Under the pieces are notes generated by a model. That model saw only the letters and a program-made list of their open reading frames with translations, made no database searches and had not been told where the DNA came from. Position numbers and translations under genes: made by a program. From assembly GCA_963713825.1 (NCBI GenBank), contig CAVQNG010000025.1, forward strand, positions 800,001 to 864,000: 64,000 bases of DNA, given 5' to 3'. Of the stretch, positions 9,540-18,445 are shown in pieces. Numbering within the stretch: the stretch's first letter is position 1; every line of letters begins with the position of its first letter. The stretch is from an uncultured Acidobacteriota bacterium. GTDB taxonomy: Bacteria > Acidobacteriota > Thermoanaerobaculia > Multivoradales > JAHEKO01.

Positions 9540-9908
9540 GTGGCTGCGATGATACTGGCGGCTGGGGCGCTGTGGTGCGCTCTGGCTGTAGCCGCGGGAG
9601 CCTTCGGTGCCCATGCCCTGGCCGACCGTCTCGATGTCCGCTCGCTCGCCCTCTGGGAGACGGCAGCGCGGTACCTGATGTATGGCGGCCTGGGTGCTGC
9701 TCTCGTTGGCATGGCGGGAGTGCAGTGGCCACGTGATGGGCTGGTCTATGCGGGGATCAGCCTTCTCGCTGGAGCTCTCGTCTTCAGCGGCACAGTGGGC
9801 GCCATCGCTCTGGGGGCGCCGCGCTGGCTCGGGGCCGTGACGCCGATTGGCGGCCTCCTCATGATTGCTGGATTCCTCGTTTTTGCCTGGACCGCTTGGC
9901 GGCTCTAG
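9540..9908 (+). CDS. DUF423 (YgdD/TMEM256) family membrane protein
   Basis: AVAAGAFGAHAL, WETAARY, FSGT, GAVTPIGG. Confidence 0.9.
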   Translation: MAAMILAAGALWCALAVAAGAFGAHALADRLDVRSLALWETAARYLMYGGLGAALVGMAGVQWPRDGLVYAGISLLAGALVFSGTVGAIALGAPRWLGAVTPIGGLLMIAGFLVFAWTAWRL

Positions 9909-9971
9909 CCGGCGGCCTCGAACATCGTCTCGAGCAATTGCACCTGGCGCGACTCGGCGATACGATGAGCC

Positions 9972-9996
9972 AGGATCCCTTTCGGGTCCTCTTTCT
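9972..9996 (+). terminator. Hairpin followed by a pyrimidine tract: weak terminator or 5'-UTR hairpin of pruA
   Basis: AGGATCC-ctttc-GGGTCCT (7 bp with one G-U) followed by ctttct. Confidence 0.35.
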
Positions 9997-10030
9997 CACG
10001 AAACGACTTCTCATCACGGAGGTTTGATTC

Positions 10031-11662
10031 ATGGCCAACGGCATCGTGCGCGTTCCGGAACCGATCAATGAGCCCATTCAGCCCTATGGGCCCGGCTCAG
10101 CGGAGAAGGCTTCATTGAAGCAGAGACTCGACCAGATGCTGGTCGAGCAGGTCGAGGTCCCTGTCATCGTCGGTGGTCAGGAGATTCGGACAGGAAAGAC
10201 GGTAGAGACGGTCTGCCCTCATGATCACGGTCACGTGTTGGCGACGGTTCACCAGGCTGGAGCCGCCGAGGTGGACAAGGCTGTGGCAGCGGCGGGGGAG
10301 GCCTGGAAAGAATGGTCAGAGATGAGTTGGGAGGCTCGTGCGGCGGTGTTCCTGAAGGCCGCCGACCTGCTGGCCGGGCCTTGGCGGGACACGCTCAACG
10401 CCGCCACGATGTTGAATCAATCGAAGACCGTGTTCCAAGCCGAGATCGACTCGGCTTGCGAGTTGGTCGATTTCTGGCGTTTCAACCCCTACTACATGCG
10501 GCAGCTCTATACCGAGCAACCCGGTTCGGTGCGTGGGCTCTGGGACTATGTCGAGTTTCGGGCTCTCGAGGGTTTTGTTTTTGCGGTAACACCGTTCAAC
10601 TTCACGTCGATCGCCGGCAATCTTCCCACCGCACCAGCGCTCATGGGCGACGTGGTCTTGTGGAAGCCGGCCTCCACCTCACCGCTGTCGGGTTACTACA
10701 TCATGAAGCTCTTGGAAGAGGCGGGCCTGCCTCCCGGGGTCATCAACTTCCTGCCAGGCCGCGGCTCTCAGGTCGGCAATCCAGTCATGGCGCGGCCCGA
10801 GTTGGCCGGCATCCACTTCACAGGTTCCACGGCCGTGTTCCAGGGGATGTGGAAGCAGATCGGTAGCGATATCGCCAACTACCAAACCTATCCCCGCATC
10901 GTCGGTGAAACCGGTGGCAAAGACTTCGTATTCGCCCACCCTTCAGCCGATGTCCAGTCTGTGGTGATCGCCCTGGTACGGGGCGCCTTCGAGTACCAGG
11001 GACAGAAGTGCTCGGCTGCCTCACGAGCCTACATCCCGAAATCGCTTTGGAGTCGGGTCAGGAGCGGTTTGGAGAAGGAAGTCAGCGATATCGCAGTGGG
11101 AACGCCGATGGACTTCCGGAATTTCATGTGCGCCGTCATCGACGAAGCCAGTTTCGACAACACCATGAGCTATATCGACTATGCCAAGTCGACCGACGGT
11201 TTCGAGATCGTCTGTGGAGGTGAAGGGGACAAGACGGAGGGCTACTACATTCAGCCCACGGTCGTGCTGTCCACGGATCCGCGCTCGAAGCTCATGCAGG
11301 AGGAGATCTTCGCCCCGGTCCTGACCATTCACGTCTACGACGATGCCGCTCTGGAGGAGACGTTGGAGCTCTGTGATACGACGAGCCCGTATGCCTTGAC
11401 AGGTGCGATCTTCGCCACCGACCGCAGGGACATCACCAAGATGGCGAATGCTCTGCGGCACTCGGCCGGCAACTTCTACATCAATGACAAGCCGACCGGC
11501 GCTGTCGTTGGCCAACAGCCCTTCGGTGGTTCGCGGGCCTCGGGTACCAATGACAAGGCCGGATCGATGATGAACCTGCTCCGGTGGACCTCGCAGCGCT
11601 CGATCAAAGAGACCTTTGTCTCACCCACCTCGTTCGCCTATCCGCATATGGGCGAGGAGTAG
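10031..11662 (+). CDS. pruA: L-glutamate gamma-semialdehyde (P5C) dehydrogenase
   Basis: PINEPI, AEIDSACE, PFNFTSIAGNL, FTGST, GETGGKDF, FEYQGQKCSA, EEIFAP, NDKPTGAVVGQQPFGG. Confidence 0.96.
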   Translation: MANGIVRVPEPINEPIQPYGPGSAEKASLKQRLDQMLVEQVEVPVIVGGQEIRTGKTVETVCPHDHGHVLATVHQAGAAEVDKAVAAAGEAWKEWSEMSWEARAAVFLKAADLLAGPWRDTLNAATMLNQSKTVFQAEIDSACELVDFWRFNPYYMRQLYTEQPGSVRGLWDYVEFRALEGFVFAVTPFNFTSIAGNLPTAPALMGDVVLWKPASTSPLSGYYIMKLLEEAGLPPGVINFLPGRGSQVGNPVMARPELAGIHFTGSTAVFQGMWKQIGSDIANYQTYPRIVGETGGKDFVFAHPSADVQSVVIALVRGAFEYQGQKCSAASRAYIPKSLWSRVRSGLEKEVSDIAVGTPMDFRNFMCAVIDEASFDNTMSYIDYAKSTDGFEIVCGGEGDKTEGYYIQPTVVLSTDPRSKLMQEEIFAPVLTIHVYDDAALEETLELCDTTSPYALTGAIFATDRRDITKMANALRHSAGNFYINDKPTGAVVGQQPFGGSRASGTNDKAGSMMNLLRWTSQRSIKETFVSPTSFAYPHMGEE

Positions 11663-11719
11663 CAAAGTTGGCCGATCAGAGGTGAGGGTGGTTCTCAGGG
11701 CGCCAGGTGGGAAAAATCG

Positions 11720-13453
11720 ATGAACGGTGGTGACCTCATTGCGCAGGTCCTCGAGAAGCACGGTGTGCGCTTCCTCTTCACCCTGTGCGGTGGGCACATA
11801 TCGCCGATTCTGGTAGGCGCGAAACAGCTCGGCATTCGGGTCGTGGATGTGCGCCACGAAGCCACGGCTGTCTTTGCGGCCGACGCGGTAGCCAGACTGT
11901 CGGGAACACCGGGTGTCGTGGCTGTGACGGCGGGGCCAGGGGTCACGAACACGATCACGGCCCTGAAGAACGCCCAGATGGCGCAGTCCCCCATCCTGGT
12001 GTTGGGAGGCGCGACGGGCACTGTCTTGAAGGGTCGGGGCGCGCTGCAGGACATCGACCAGATGGCCCTGGTGGCGCCACACGTCAAATGGGCGACCTCG
12101 GTCAGCCGTGTGCGCGACCTGGTGCCTGCAGTCCAAAAGGCGCTCGATCTGGCACGGAGCGGCGTGCCTGGTCCAGTGTTTGTGGAGTGTCCCCTGGATC
12201 TGCTCTACGACGAAGAGCTGGTCCGCGGGATGTATGGCGCCAAAGCGTCAGCAGGCAAGACTCGGAGCCTCGGTCAACGGGCTCTCGGAGCCTATTTGCG
12301 ACGTCATGTGAACCGACTGTTCGCCGGAGCGCAGGACGTCGATATCTCGGAGCCTGTCGCTTCGCCGGTCCCTCTGCCTGCGAGCCGGGAGCTTCGCAAG
12401 GCGGCCAGGATCCTCGCTGCGGCTCGCAGTCCGGTTCTCATGGTTGGCAGCCAGGCCCTTCTCGAGACGGACCAGGTCGAGGCTCTGGCGGCGTCCGTCG
12501 AGAGGCTGGGAATCCCCGTCTATCTGTCCGGGATGGCGAGAGGGCTGTTGGGTAGGAATCACCCTTTGCAGCTCCGCCACAAGCGCCGCGAGGCATTGCG
12601 CCAGGCCGACCTTGTGTTGTTGGCCGGAGTGCCCTGCGATTTTCGACTCGACTATGGACGTCAGATCCCGCGCCAAGCCCGCCTGGTTGCGGTGAATCGA
12701 AGTGCAACCGAGGTACGGAAGAATCGCCGTCCCACCCTCGGTGCGGTGGCCGACCCCGGGCTCTTTCTGATTCGCCTGGCGCAGCTCACGAAGGTCGGAG
12801 AGTCATGGGCCGGTTGGCTGTCGACCCTGCGAGAAAGGGATGAAGAGCGGCAGCGGGAAATCGCTCACCAGGCCAGTACGACGATCGAGAACCTGAACCC
12901 CATCGACTTTCTGCAATCGATCGAAAAGGTCCTTCCCGACGATAGCGTGCTGGTGGTCGATGGTGGCGATTTCGTGGCGACAGCCTCCTATGTTCTTTCT
13001 CCCCGTGGTCCTCTGAGCTGGCTCGATCCGGGCGCGTTTGGCACCCTGGGCGTCGGCGCGGGCTTTGCCCTCGGCGCCAAGCTCTGCCGTCCCGAGGCCG
13101 AGGTATGGCTGTTGTACGGCGACGGATCCTGCGCCTACAGCCTGGCCGAGATCGACACGTTTGTGCGCCATCAGCTGCCGGTGATCGCAGTGGTCGGCAA
13201 CGATGCCAGCTGGGCGCAAATCGCCCGGGATCAGATCGAGCTTCTGAAGGATGATGTGGGTACTGTGCTGCTCCACACGGACTACGATGTCGTTGCCGAG
13301 GGCTATGGCGGCAAGGGCATTCGACTCGCTTCGCCTGCAGGAGCCTCAGCCGCTCTCGCCAATGCTCGTCAGGTGGCCGCAGCCGGCAAACCCGTCCTGA
13401 TCAACGCGATCATCGGCAAGACCGACTTCCGCAAAGGCTCGATCTCGGTGTGA
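11720..13453 (+). CDS. Thiamine-diphosphate-dependent enzyme (acetolactate synthase-like, ILVBL/2-hydroxyacyl-CoA lyase group)
   Basis: [46 protein letters not shown], ThDP motif GDGS...GND. Confidence 0.9.
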   Translation: MNGGDLIAQVLEKHGVRFLFTLCGGHISPILVGAKQLGIRVVDVRHEATAVFAADAVARLSGTPGVVAVTAGPGVTNTITALKNAQMAQSPILVLGGATGTVLKGRGALQDIDQMALVAPHVKWATSVSRVRDLVPAVQKALDLARSGVPGPVFVECPLDLLYDEELVRGMYGAKASAGKTRSLGQRALGAYLRRHVNRLFAGAQDVDISEPVASPVPLPASRELRKAARILAAARSPVLMVGSQALLETDQVEALAASVERLGIPVYLSGMARGLLGRNHPLQLRHKRREALRQADLVLLAGVPCDFRLDYGRQIPRQARLVAVNRSATEVRKNRRPTLGAVADPGLFLIRLAQLTKVGESWAGWLSTLRERDEERQREIAHQASTTIENLNPIDFLQSIEKVLPDDSVLVVDGGDFVATASYVLSPRGPLSWLDPGAFGTLGVGAGFALGAKLCRPEAEVWLLYGDGSCAYSLAEIDTFVRHQLPVIAVVGNDASWAQIARDQIELLKDDVGTVLLHTDYDVVAEGYGGKGIRLASPAGASAALANARQVAAAGKPVLINAIIGKTDFRKGSISV

Positions 13454-13470
13454 CCCCCCTCCCACCCTGA

Positions 13471-13897
13471 GGGTCGAGGCGGCCGGCGTACCTTCGGCCG
13501 ATCTTTGAGGGCTTGGGGGCGTAGGGGCGGGGCCGTTATGTCAGTTTGGCTGCTGAGCTGACCATTTTGCGTGCTAAGTGGTGCTTTTTCGAGGGTAGGC
13601 TGGCACTGCTGGCCGGCACAGGTCCGGCCGCTTCAAGACTCGGACGACCCGAACGGACCCTTGGCACCGGTGAGGGTAGTAGGGGCTTAGGAGCATAGGG
13701 GCTTAAGGGCGTAGGGGGTGAGTCAGTAGTCGGAATCTCGATGTGTCTCGAGGATGGTAGATCGGGCCATGGGTCTCCCTCGTCGGAGGGGCATGGTCGG
13801 GTGAGGCCGCAGACGGGGGAGATCCCTGGCCCGATCGGCCGTCTCAACGCCAAGACCTCAAAGATCGGCCGGAAGGTACGACCGGACACCTCAATCC
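13471..13897. repeat. Palindromic intergenic element, copy 1 (REP/MITE-like)
   Basis: About 50-bp imperfect terminal inverted repeats (13471-13520 vs about 13848-13897), 8-bp TAGGGGCN tandem repeats (13680-13719) and a 25-bp hairpin. 71 bp (13755-13825) are identical to 59545-59615. Confidence 0.8.
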
Positions 13898-14598
13898 TGG
13901 AGGCCCATTTCGCGGTCGAGTGCGGCGGTCAGGGTGTTCATACGGTTCTCGATCTCCAGACGACCGGCTTCGATCGCCTCTGCGTCGGCGTTTCTTGGGA
14001 TCTCCACGAAGCCCTCGACGCGGTAGAGCATTCTGGCAAAGGGCTTCGGCAGAATGAACCGATCCCAGCTGTTGAACTGCCAGGCTCGGTCGGTGCTCCA
14101 GGTTACCCAGACGACCGGCAGCCCAGTCAGGGCGGCCACGAGGGCAACGCCTTGTTTGGCTTGGTAGCGGGGTCCGAGAGGACCGTCGGGCGTGATGGCG
14201 AGGTGACTCTCGCGCGAGGCGGTCACCAGTTGCCTGACTGCGGCCTTGCCACCGCGTGTCGAGCTCCCTCGTACCGAGCCGATGCCGAATCGTTCGACGA
14301 TGCGAGCGATGATCTCGCCGTCGCCGTGCCGACTGATCAGCACTTGGACGGGCTGTAGCTCATCGGCGACCCGAAGCAGACCGATTTGTCGGTTGTGCCA
14401 GAAAGCGAGGATGACCTTGCCGCTCTCTCGTAGTCTTTGCAGGTGCCCAGGTAGGTCGAGCTCGACGCGCCAACTCCTGATCAGGAGGGGAAGGAGGAAG
14501 CCACCAAAGACATGAATGGCGAACCACTCGAGTAGATGCCGCTTCCACCGCTTGCGTCGGGGCGGTCTGGCGCTTTCGGTGTCTTGCACGGCTGCCAT
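13891..14598 (-). CDS. DUF374 lysophospholipid acyltransferase family protein
   Basis: LAFWH, LISRHGDGEII, VRGSSTRGG, AITPDGPLGP, SWDRFILPKPF. Confidence 0.9.
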   Translation of the reverse strand: MAAVQDTESARPPRRKRWKRHLLEWFAIHVFGGFLLPLLIRSWRVELDLPGHLQRLRESGKVILAFWHNRQIGLLRVADELQPVQVLISRHGDGEIIARIVERFGIGSVRGSSTRGGKAAVRQLVTASRESHLAITPDGPLGPRYQAKQGVALVAALTGLPVVWVTWSTDRAWQFNSWDRFILPKPFARMLYRVEGFVEIPRNADAEAIEAGRLEIENRMNTLTAALDREMGLQD

Positions 14599-14705
14599 TC
14601 TAACGCCGCAGGAGTGGGGAAATGGGGAGCTGTCTCGGCTACACTAGTCGGTGGAGGCAGTGGCCTCCCGCCACGTTGTCGTCCAACCTTCAGGAGGGGA
14701 AGATC

Positions 14706-16754
14706 ATGATTCGACGGACAGCCGGTTTGGCCTTGGGGTTGCTGTGTGTGAGCAGTGGCCTGATGGCGGCTTCGCTTGCCGGGTTTTCGGCCCAGGATCT
14801 GGTGACCATGGACCGAATCTCGGATCCTCAGCCGTCTCCCGACGGCGAGAGTATTGCCTTTGTGAGACGACAAACGGACTTGGAGGCAGACAGGGGGCGT
14901 ACCGACATCTGGATGATCGATGCGACGGGCGCCAACCTTCGTCGGGTCACCAAGCACGAAGCCTCCGACAGCAGTCCCAGATGGTCCGCTGACGGGCGCC
15001 ACCTCTACTTTCTCTCGTCCAGATCAGACTCCTCCCAGGTGTGGCAGGTACGAGCCGGTGGGGGGGATCTGAAACAGGTCACCGATCTTCCGCTGGACGT
15101 CAGCGGTTTTGTGCTGTCGCCTGACGGAGCGAGTGTGGCCCTCGCCCTGGATGTCTTTGTCGATTGCGATGGACTCGATTGCACGCGTCAGAGACTCGAG
15201 GAGCGGGAGGCCGCCAAGGAGACCGGCCGGATCTACGACCAGCTGTTCGTGCGACATTGGGATACATGGAAGGATGGCCGCCGGTCGCACCTGTTCATCC
15301 ACCCGATCGGAGGGGGTCAGGTTGTCGACCTTATGCCCGGGATGATGGCCGACAGCCCCTCGAGGCCGTTCGGCGGTACCGAAGAGATTGCCTTTACGCC
15401 TGATGGCAGGGGCCTTGTCTTCACGGCTCGCGACGTCGGTCCGGCCGAGCCCTGGTCCACCGACTTCGATCTCTACTATGTACCTGTGGATGCTTCGTCA
15501 CCTCCTCGTTGCTTGACCGAAGCGAACGAGGCCTGGGACACCCAACCGGTCTTCTCGCCCGATGGAAAGACCCTGGCCTACCTGGCGATGGAACGACCCG
15601 GGTTCGAAGCCGATCGCTTTCGTATCGTGTTGATGGACTGGAATACCGGGGAACAAGCCGTCTTGACGGAAGACTGGGACTACTCGGCTGGCTCGATCGC
15701 TTTTTCTGCAAGCGGAGACACCATATACACCACGGCTTCAGATCGTGGTCAGGTGTCCCTCTTCTCTATCGACGTCAAGTCCGGCAAGCCTCTGATGCTC
15801 TTGGGTGAGGGCCATGTCCGCTCGCCTGCGGTTGTCGGTGAGAGTATCGTCTTCGGTCTCGACACCTTGAGCTCGCCGGTGGACCTCTTCCTGATGGATC
15901 TCGGGAGCGGCGACTTCCGTCAACTGACCCATGTGAACGCCGATCGTCTCGCCGGCGTCGCGCTGGGGGAAGCGGAGCAGTTCTCGTTTCCGGGCTGGAA
16001 TGGGGAAACCGTCTACGGCTATGTCGTCAAGCCCGCGAATTTCGATCCGTCCCGGGCCTATCCGGTCGCCTTTCTGATCCACGGCGGCCCCCAGGGATCC
16101 TTCGGCAACGACTTCCACTATCGCTGGAATCCCCAGACCTACACCGGTGCCGGATACGCGGCCGTGATGATCGATTTTCATGGCTCGGTCGGCTATGGGC
16201 AGGCCTTCACAGATTCCATCCGGGGCGATTGGGGTGGCAAGCCCCTGGAGGATCTCCAGAAGGGGTTAGCAGCCGCCTTGAAGAACAACCCGTGGATGGA
16301 TGGTGAGCGCGTCTGCGCCTTGGGCGCCTCCTACGGTGGCTACATGATCAACTGGATCGCGGGCAATTGGCCAGAGCGATTTCGCTGCTTGGTCAATCAC
16401 GATGGAACGCTCGATCAACGGATGATGTACTTCTCCACGGAGGAGCTGTGGTTTCCCGAGTGGGAGCACGGAGGCCCCTTCTGGGAGAACCCCGAGGGGC
16501 ACGAGCGACACAATCCGGTCCTGTTCGTGGAGCAGTGGCAGACGCCGATGTTGGTGATCCACGGAGCGCTGGATTTTCGTCTCCCCGAGACCCAGGGCCT
16601 GGCAGCGTTCACGGCCCTGCAGCGGCGGGGTATTCCCAGTCGGTTGCTGTACTTCCCGGACGAGAACCACTGGGTGCTGAGGCCCTCCAACAGCCTCTTG
16701 TGGCACCAGACCGTACTGGACTGGCTCGATCGTTGGCTGAAAGAAGATGGCTAG
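14706..16754 (+). CDS. Secreted S9 family peptidase (dipeptidyl-peptidase 5-like) with TolB/PD40-type propeller
   Basis: Signal peptide, SPDG repeats, IHGGPQG, GASYGG nucleophile, HGALDFR, DENHW. Start placed after a GGAGGGGA RBS. Confidence 0.93.
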   Translation: MIRRTAGLALGLLCVSSGLMAASLAGFSAQDLVTMDRISDPQPSPDGESIAFVRRQTDLEADRGRTDIWMIDATGANLRRVTKHEASDSSPRWSADGRHLYFLSSRSDSSQVWQVRAGGGDLKQVTDLPLDVSGFVLSPDGASVALALDVFVDCDGLDCTRQRLEEREAAKETGRIYDQLFVRHWDTWKDGRRSHLFIHPIGGGQVVDLMPGMMADSPSRPFGGTEEIAFTPDGRGLVFTARDVGPAEPWSTDFDLYYVPVDASSPPRCLTEANEAWDTQPVFSPDGKTLAYLAMERPGFEADRFRIVLMDWNTGEQAVLTEDWDYSAGSIAFSASGDTIYTTASDRGQVSLFSIDVKSGKPLMLLGEGHVRSPAVVGESIVFGLDTLSSPVDLFLMDLGSGDFRQLTHVNADRLAGVALGEAEQFSFPGWNGETVYGYVVKPANFDPSRAYPVAFLIHGGPQGSFGNDFHYRWNPQTYTGAGYAAVMIDFHGSVGYGQAFTDSIRGDWGGKPLEDLQKGLAAALKNNPWMDGERVCALGASYGGYMINWIAGNWPERFRCLVNHDGTLDQRMMYFSTEELWFPEWEHGGPFWENPEGHERHNPVLFVEQWQTPMLVIHGALDFRLPETQGLAAFTALQRRGIPSRLLYFPDENHWVLRPSNSLLWHQTVLDWLDRWLKEDG

Positions 16755-16763
16755 AATCGGCTC

Positions 16764-17618
16764 GTGACTATCAGAGCCGGTGAAGTCAGCGTGGTCGTCC
16801 CGACCTTCGATCGGGCGTCGGTGTTGCCGCGCGCCCTCGATTCGGTGATCGAACAGACACGCCTGCCGGCAGAAGTGATCGTCGTCGACGACGGATCGAC
16901 CGACGCCACCGCTGAGCTGGTCGAGTCCCGATTCCCAGGAGTTCGCCTGCTGCGCCAGGAGAACCTCGGCGTCAGCGCGGCCCGCAATCGGGGAATCGAA
17001 GCCTCGACGGGCGAGTGGATAGCGCTACTGGACTCGGATGACGAGTGGCAGCCGCGAAAGCTCGAACGCCAGGTAGCCGCGTTGGGAGACCAGCCGGATA
17101 TGAGGGTCTGTCACACCGACGAGATCTGGATTCGCCATGGGCGGCGTGTCAATCCGCGACACATTCATGCCAAGCACGGCGGCTGGATCTTCGAGCACTG
17201 CCTGCCCCTTTGTGCCATGTCGCCTTCGTCGATTCTGATTCATCGCAGCGTCTTCGAAGCGGTCGGGATATTCGACGAGGACCTGCCCGCCTGTGAGGAC
17301 TATGACCTCTGGCTCCGCATCTGTAGCCGCTACCCGGTCCTCTACCTCGGCGAGCCTCTGGTGGTGAAGTACGGTGGGCACGAGGACCAGTTGTCGCGGC
17401 AGGTATGGGGTCTCGATCGGTTCCGAATTCGAGCTCTCGAAAAGGTCCTGGAGGCGGGACATCTAGGTCCTCCAGAATGGCAGGCCGCCGCTGCGACGTT
17501 GCTTCAGAAAATCGAGGTCTACTTGGCGGGGGTGAGGAAGAGAGGCAGATTGGAGGAGGCCGCCGAATACGAGAGGCGTTTCGAACACTGGCGGGTCGAG
17601 CTGGATCGAGTAGGGTGA
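16764..17618 (+). CDS. Glycosyltransferase family 2
   Basis: VSVVVPTFDR, VVDDGSTD, GVSAARN, LDSDD, CEDYDLWLR. Confidence 0.93.
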   Translation: MTIRAGEVSVVVPTFDRASVLPRALDSVIEQTRLPAEVIVVDDGSTDATAELVESRFPGVRLLRQENLGVSAARNRGIEASTGEWIALLDSDDEWQPRKLERQVAALGDQPDMRVCHTDEIWIRHGRRVNPRHIHAKHGGWIFEHCLPLCAMSPSSILIHRSVFEAVGIFDEDLPACEDYDLWLRICSRYPVLYLGEPLVVKYGGHEDQLSRQVWGLDRFRIRALEKVLEAGHLGPPEWQAAAATLLQKIEVYLAGVRKRGRLEEAAEYERRFEHWRVELDRVG

Positions 17619-18232
17619 TGATTCAACTCGTCGTCGCTTTACCGGCCGAAGCCCGAGGTCTCGCTAAGGGTCTGGGGCTGCGGAGAATCCGGGCCAGCTA
17701 CAGATCGTGTCGGATCTATCGCGCTAGGGCTCTCGGTCTCCAGGTCTCGGGCCCGGGTCGGGGTCGTGCTGCGCGTGCCGTGGAGTCGATCGTCGAGCGA
17801 CTGGAGTCCCCGGAGTCGCAGGGCTGGCTCAACGTCGGGATCGCCGGTCACCCGGATCTCGCTCCAGGGACCTGTCTGCTCGCCGAGGAGATTGTCGAGA
17901 CGGCCACTGGCCGCTCCTGGCGACCGAGAATCCCTTTCCAGACGAGCTGCATCAGAGCCTCGGTTCGAACCGTCGACCGTCCAGAGACTGAGTTCCCATT
18001 CCATGCCGCGTTCGACATGGAGGCCTCCGGCTTCTTTGCCGCTGCCAGCCGGATCGCCACCCCTGGCCAGGTGCAGGTACTCAAAGTTGTCTCCGACAAT
18101 CGCGGCGACGACTTGAATGCACTGACCGGCAAACGGGTCGAGGAGTTGATGCTCGACGCCTGTCCCCAGATCGCAGAGCTCCTGGGCCGTATGGCGAGGC
18201 TCTGCGGGCAGCGAGATTACGTGGTGGATTGA
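17618..18232 (+). CDS. Nucleoside phosphorylase/nucleosidase-like protein (PNP/Pfs fold)
   Basis: VVALPAEA, SGPG, LNVGIAG, FDMEASGF, LKVVSDN. ATG overlaps the GT2 stop. Confidence 0.75.
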   Translation: MIQLVVALPAEARGLAKGLGLRRIRASYRSCRIYRARALGLQVSGPGRGRAARAVESIVERLESPESQGWLNVGIAGHPDLAPGTCLLAEEIVETATGRSWRPRIPFQTSCIRASVRTVDRPETEFPFHAAFDMEASGFFAAASRIATPGQVQVLKVVSDNRGDDLNALTGKRVEELMLDACPQIAELLGRMARLCGQRDYVVD

Positions 18233-18258
18233 CAGTCGAGGAGATCCCGGGTTAGCCT
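18229..18258 (+). promoter_or_regulatory. Sigma70-type promoter of the his leader/operon
   Basis: TTGACA (18229-18234), 18-nt spacer, TAGCCT (18253-18258). Confidence 0.65.
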
Positions 18259-18276
18259 CGCGGTCGGAGATTATTC

Positions 18277-18345
18277 ATGAGCTTTGCGAATCGTCACCAC
18301 CATCATTCTCATGACAACCCCAGAAGGGGCGGAGTGATGGTGTAG
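18277..18345 (+). CDS. hisL: his operon leader peptide MSFANRHHHHSHDNPRRGGVMV*
   Basis: GGAG RBS and a 22-codon ORF with five His codons in six positions, directly upstream of a terminator and hisG. Confidence 0.85.
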   Translation: MSFANRHHHHSHDNPRRGGVMV

Positions 18346-18372
18346 GCACGAGTTCCAAAGACCGAAACCAGA

Positions 18373-18403
18373 GCGCCGGCCCCGAGCCGGCGTTTTTCTT
18401 TCT
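18373..18403 (+). terminator. Attenuator (intrinsic terminator) of the his operon
   Basis: GCGCCGGC-cccga-GCCGGCGT followed by TTTTCTTTCT, between the leader ORF and hisG. Confidence 0.85.
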
Positions 18404-18445
18404 ACGGAGATCGAGGCGTCGGCCGGGGGAGGCGGGGAGGAGAGC

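Noticed and set aside
13536-13889. Short ORFs within the repeat elements (also 59075-59797)
   Set aside because: They are Pro/Arg/Gly-rich with no RBS or motifs. The shared peptide GRSGHGSPSSEGHGRVRPQTGEI simply reflects the DNA repeat.
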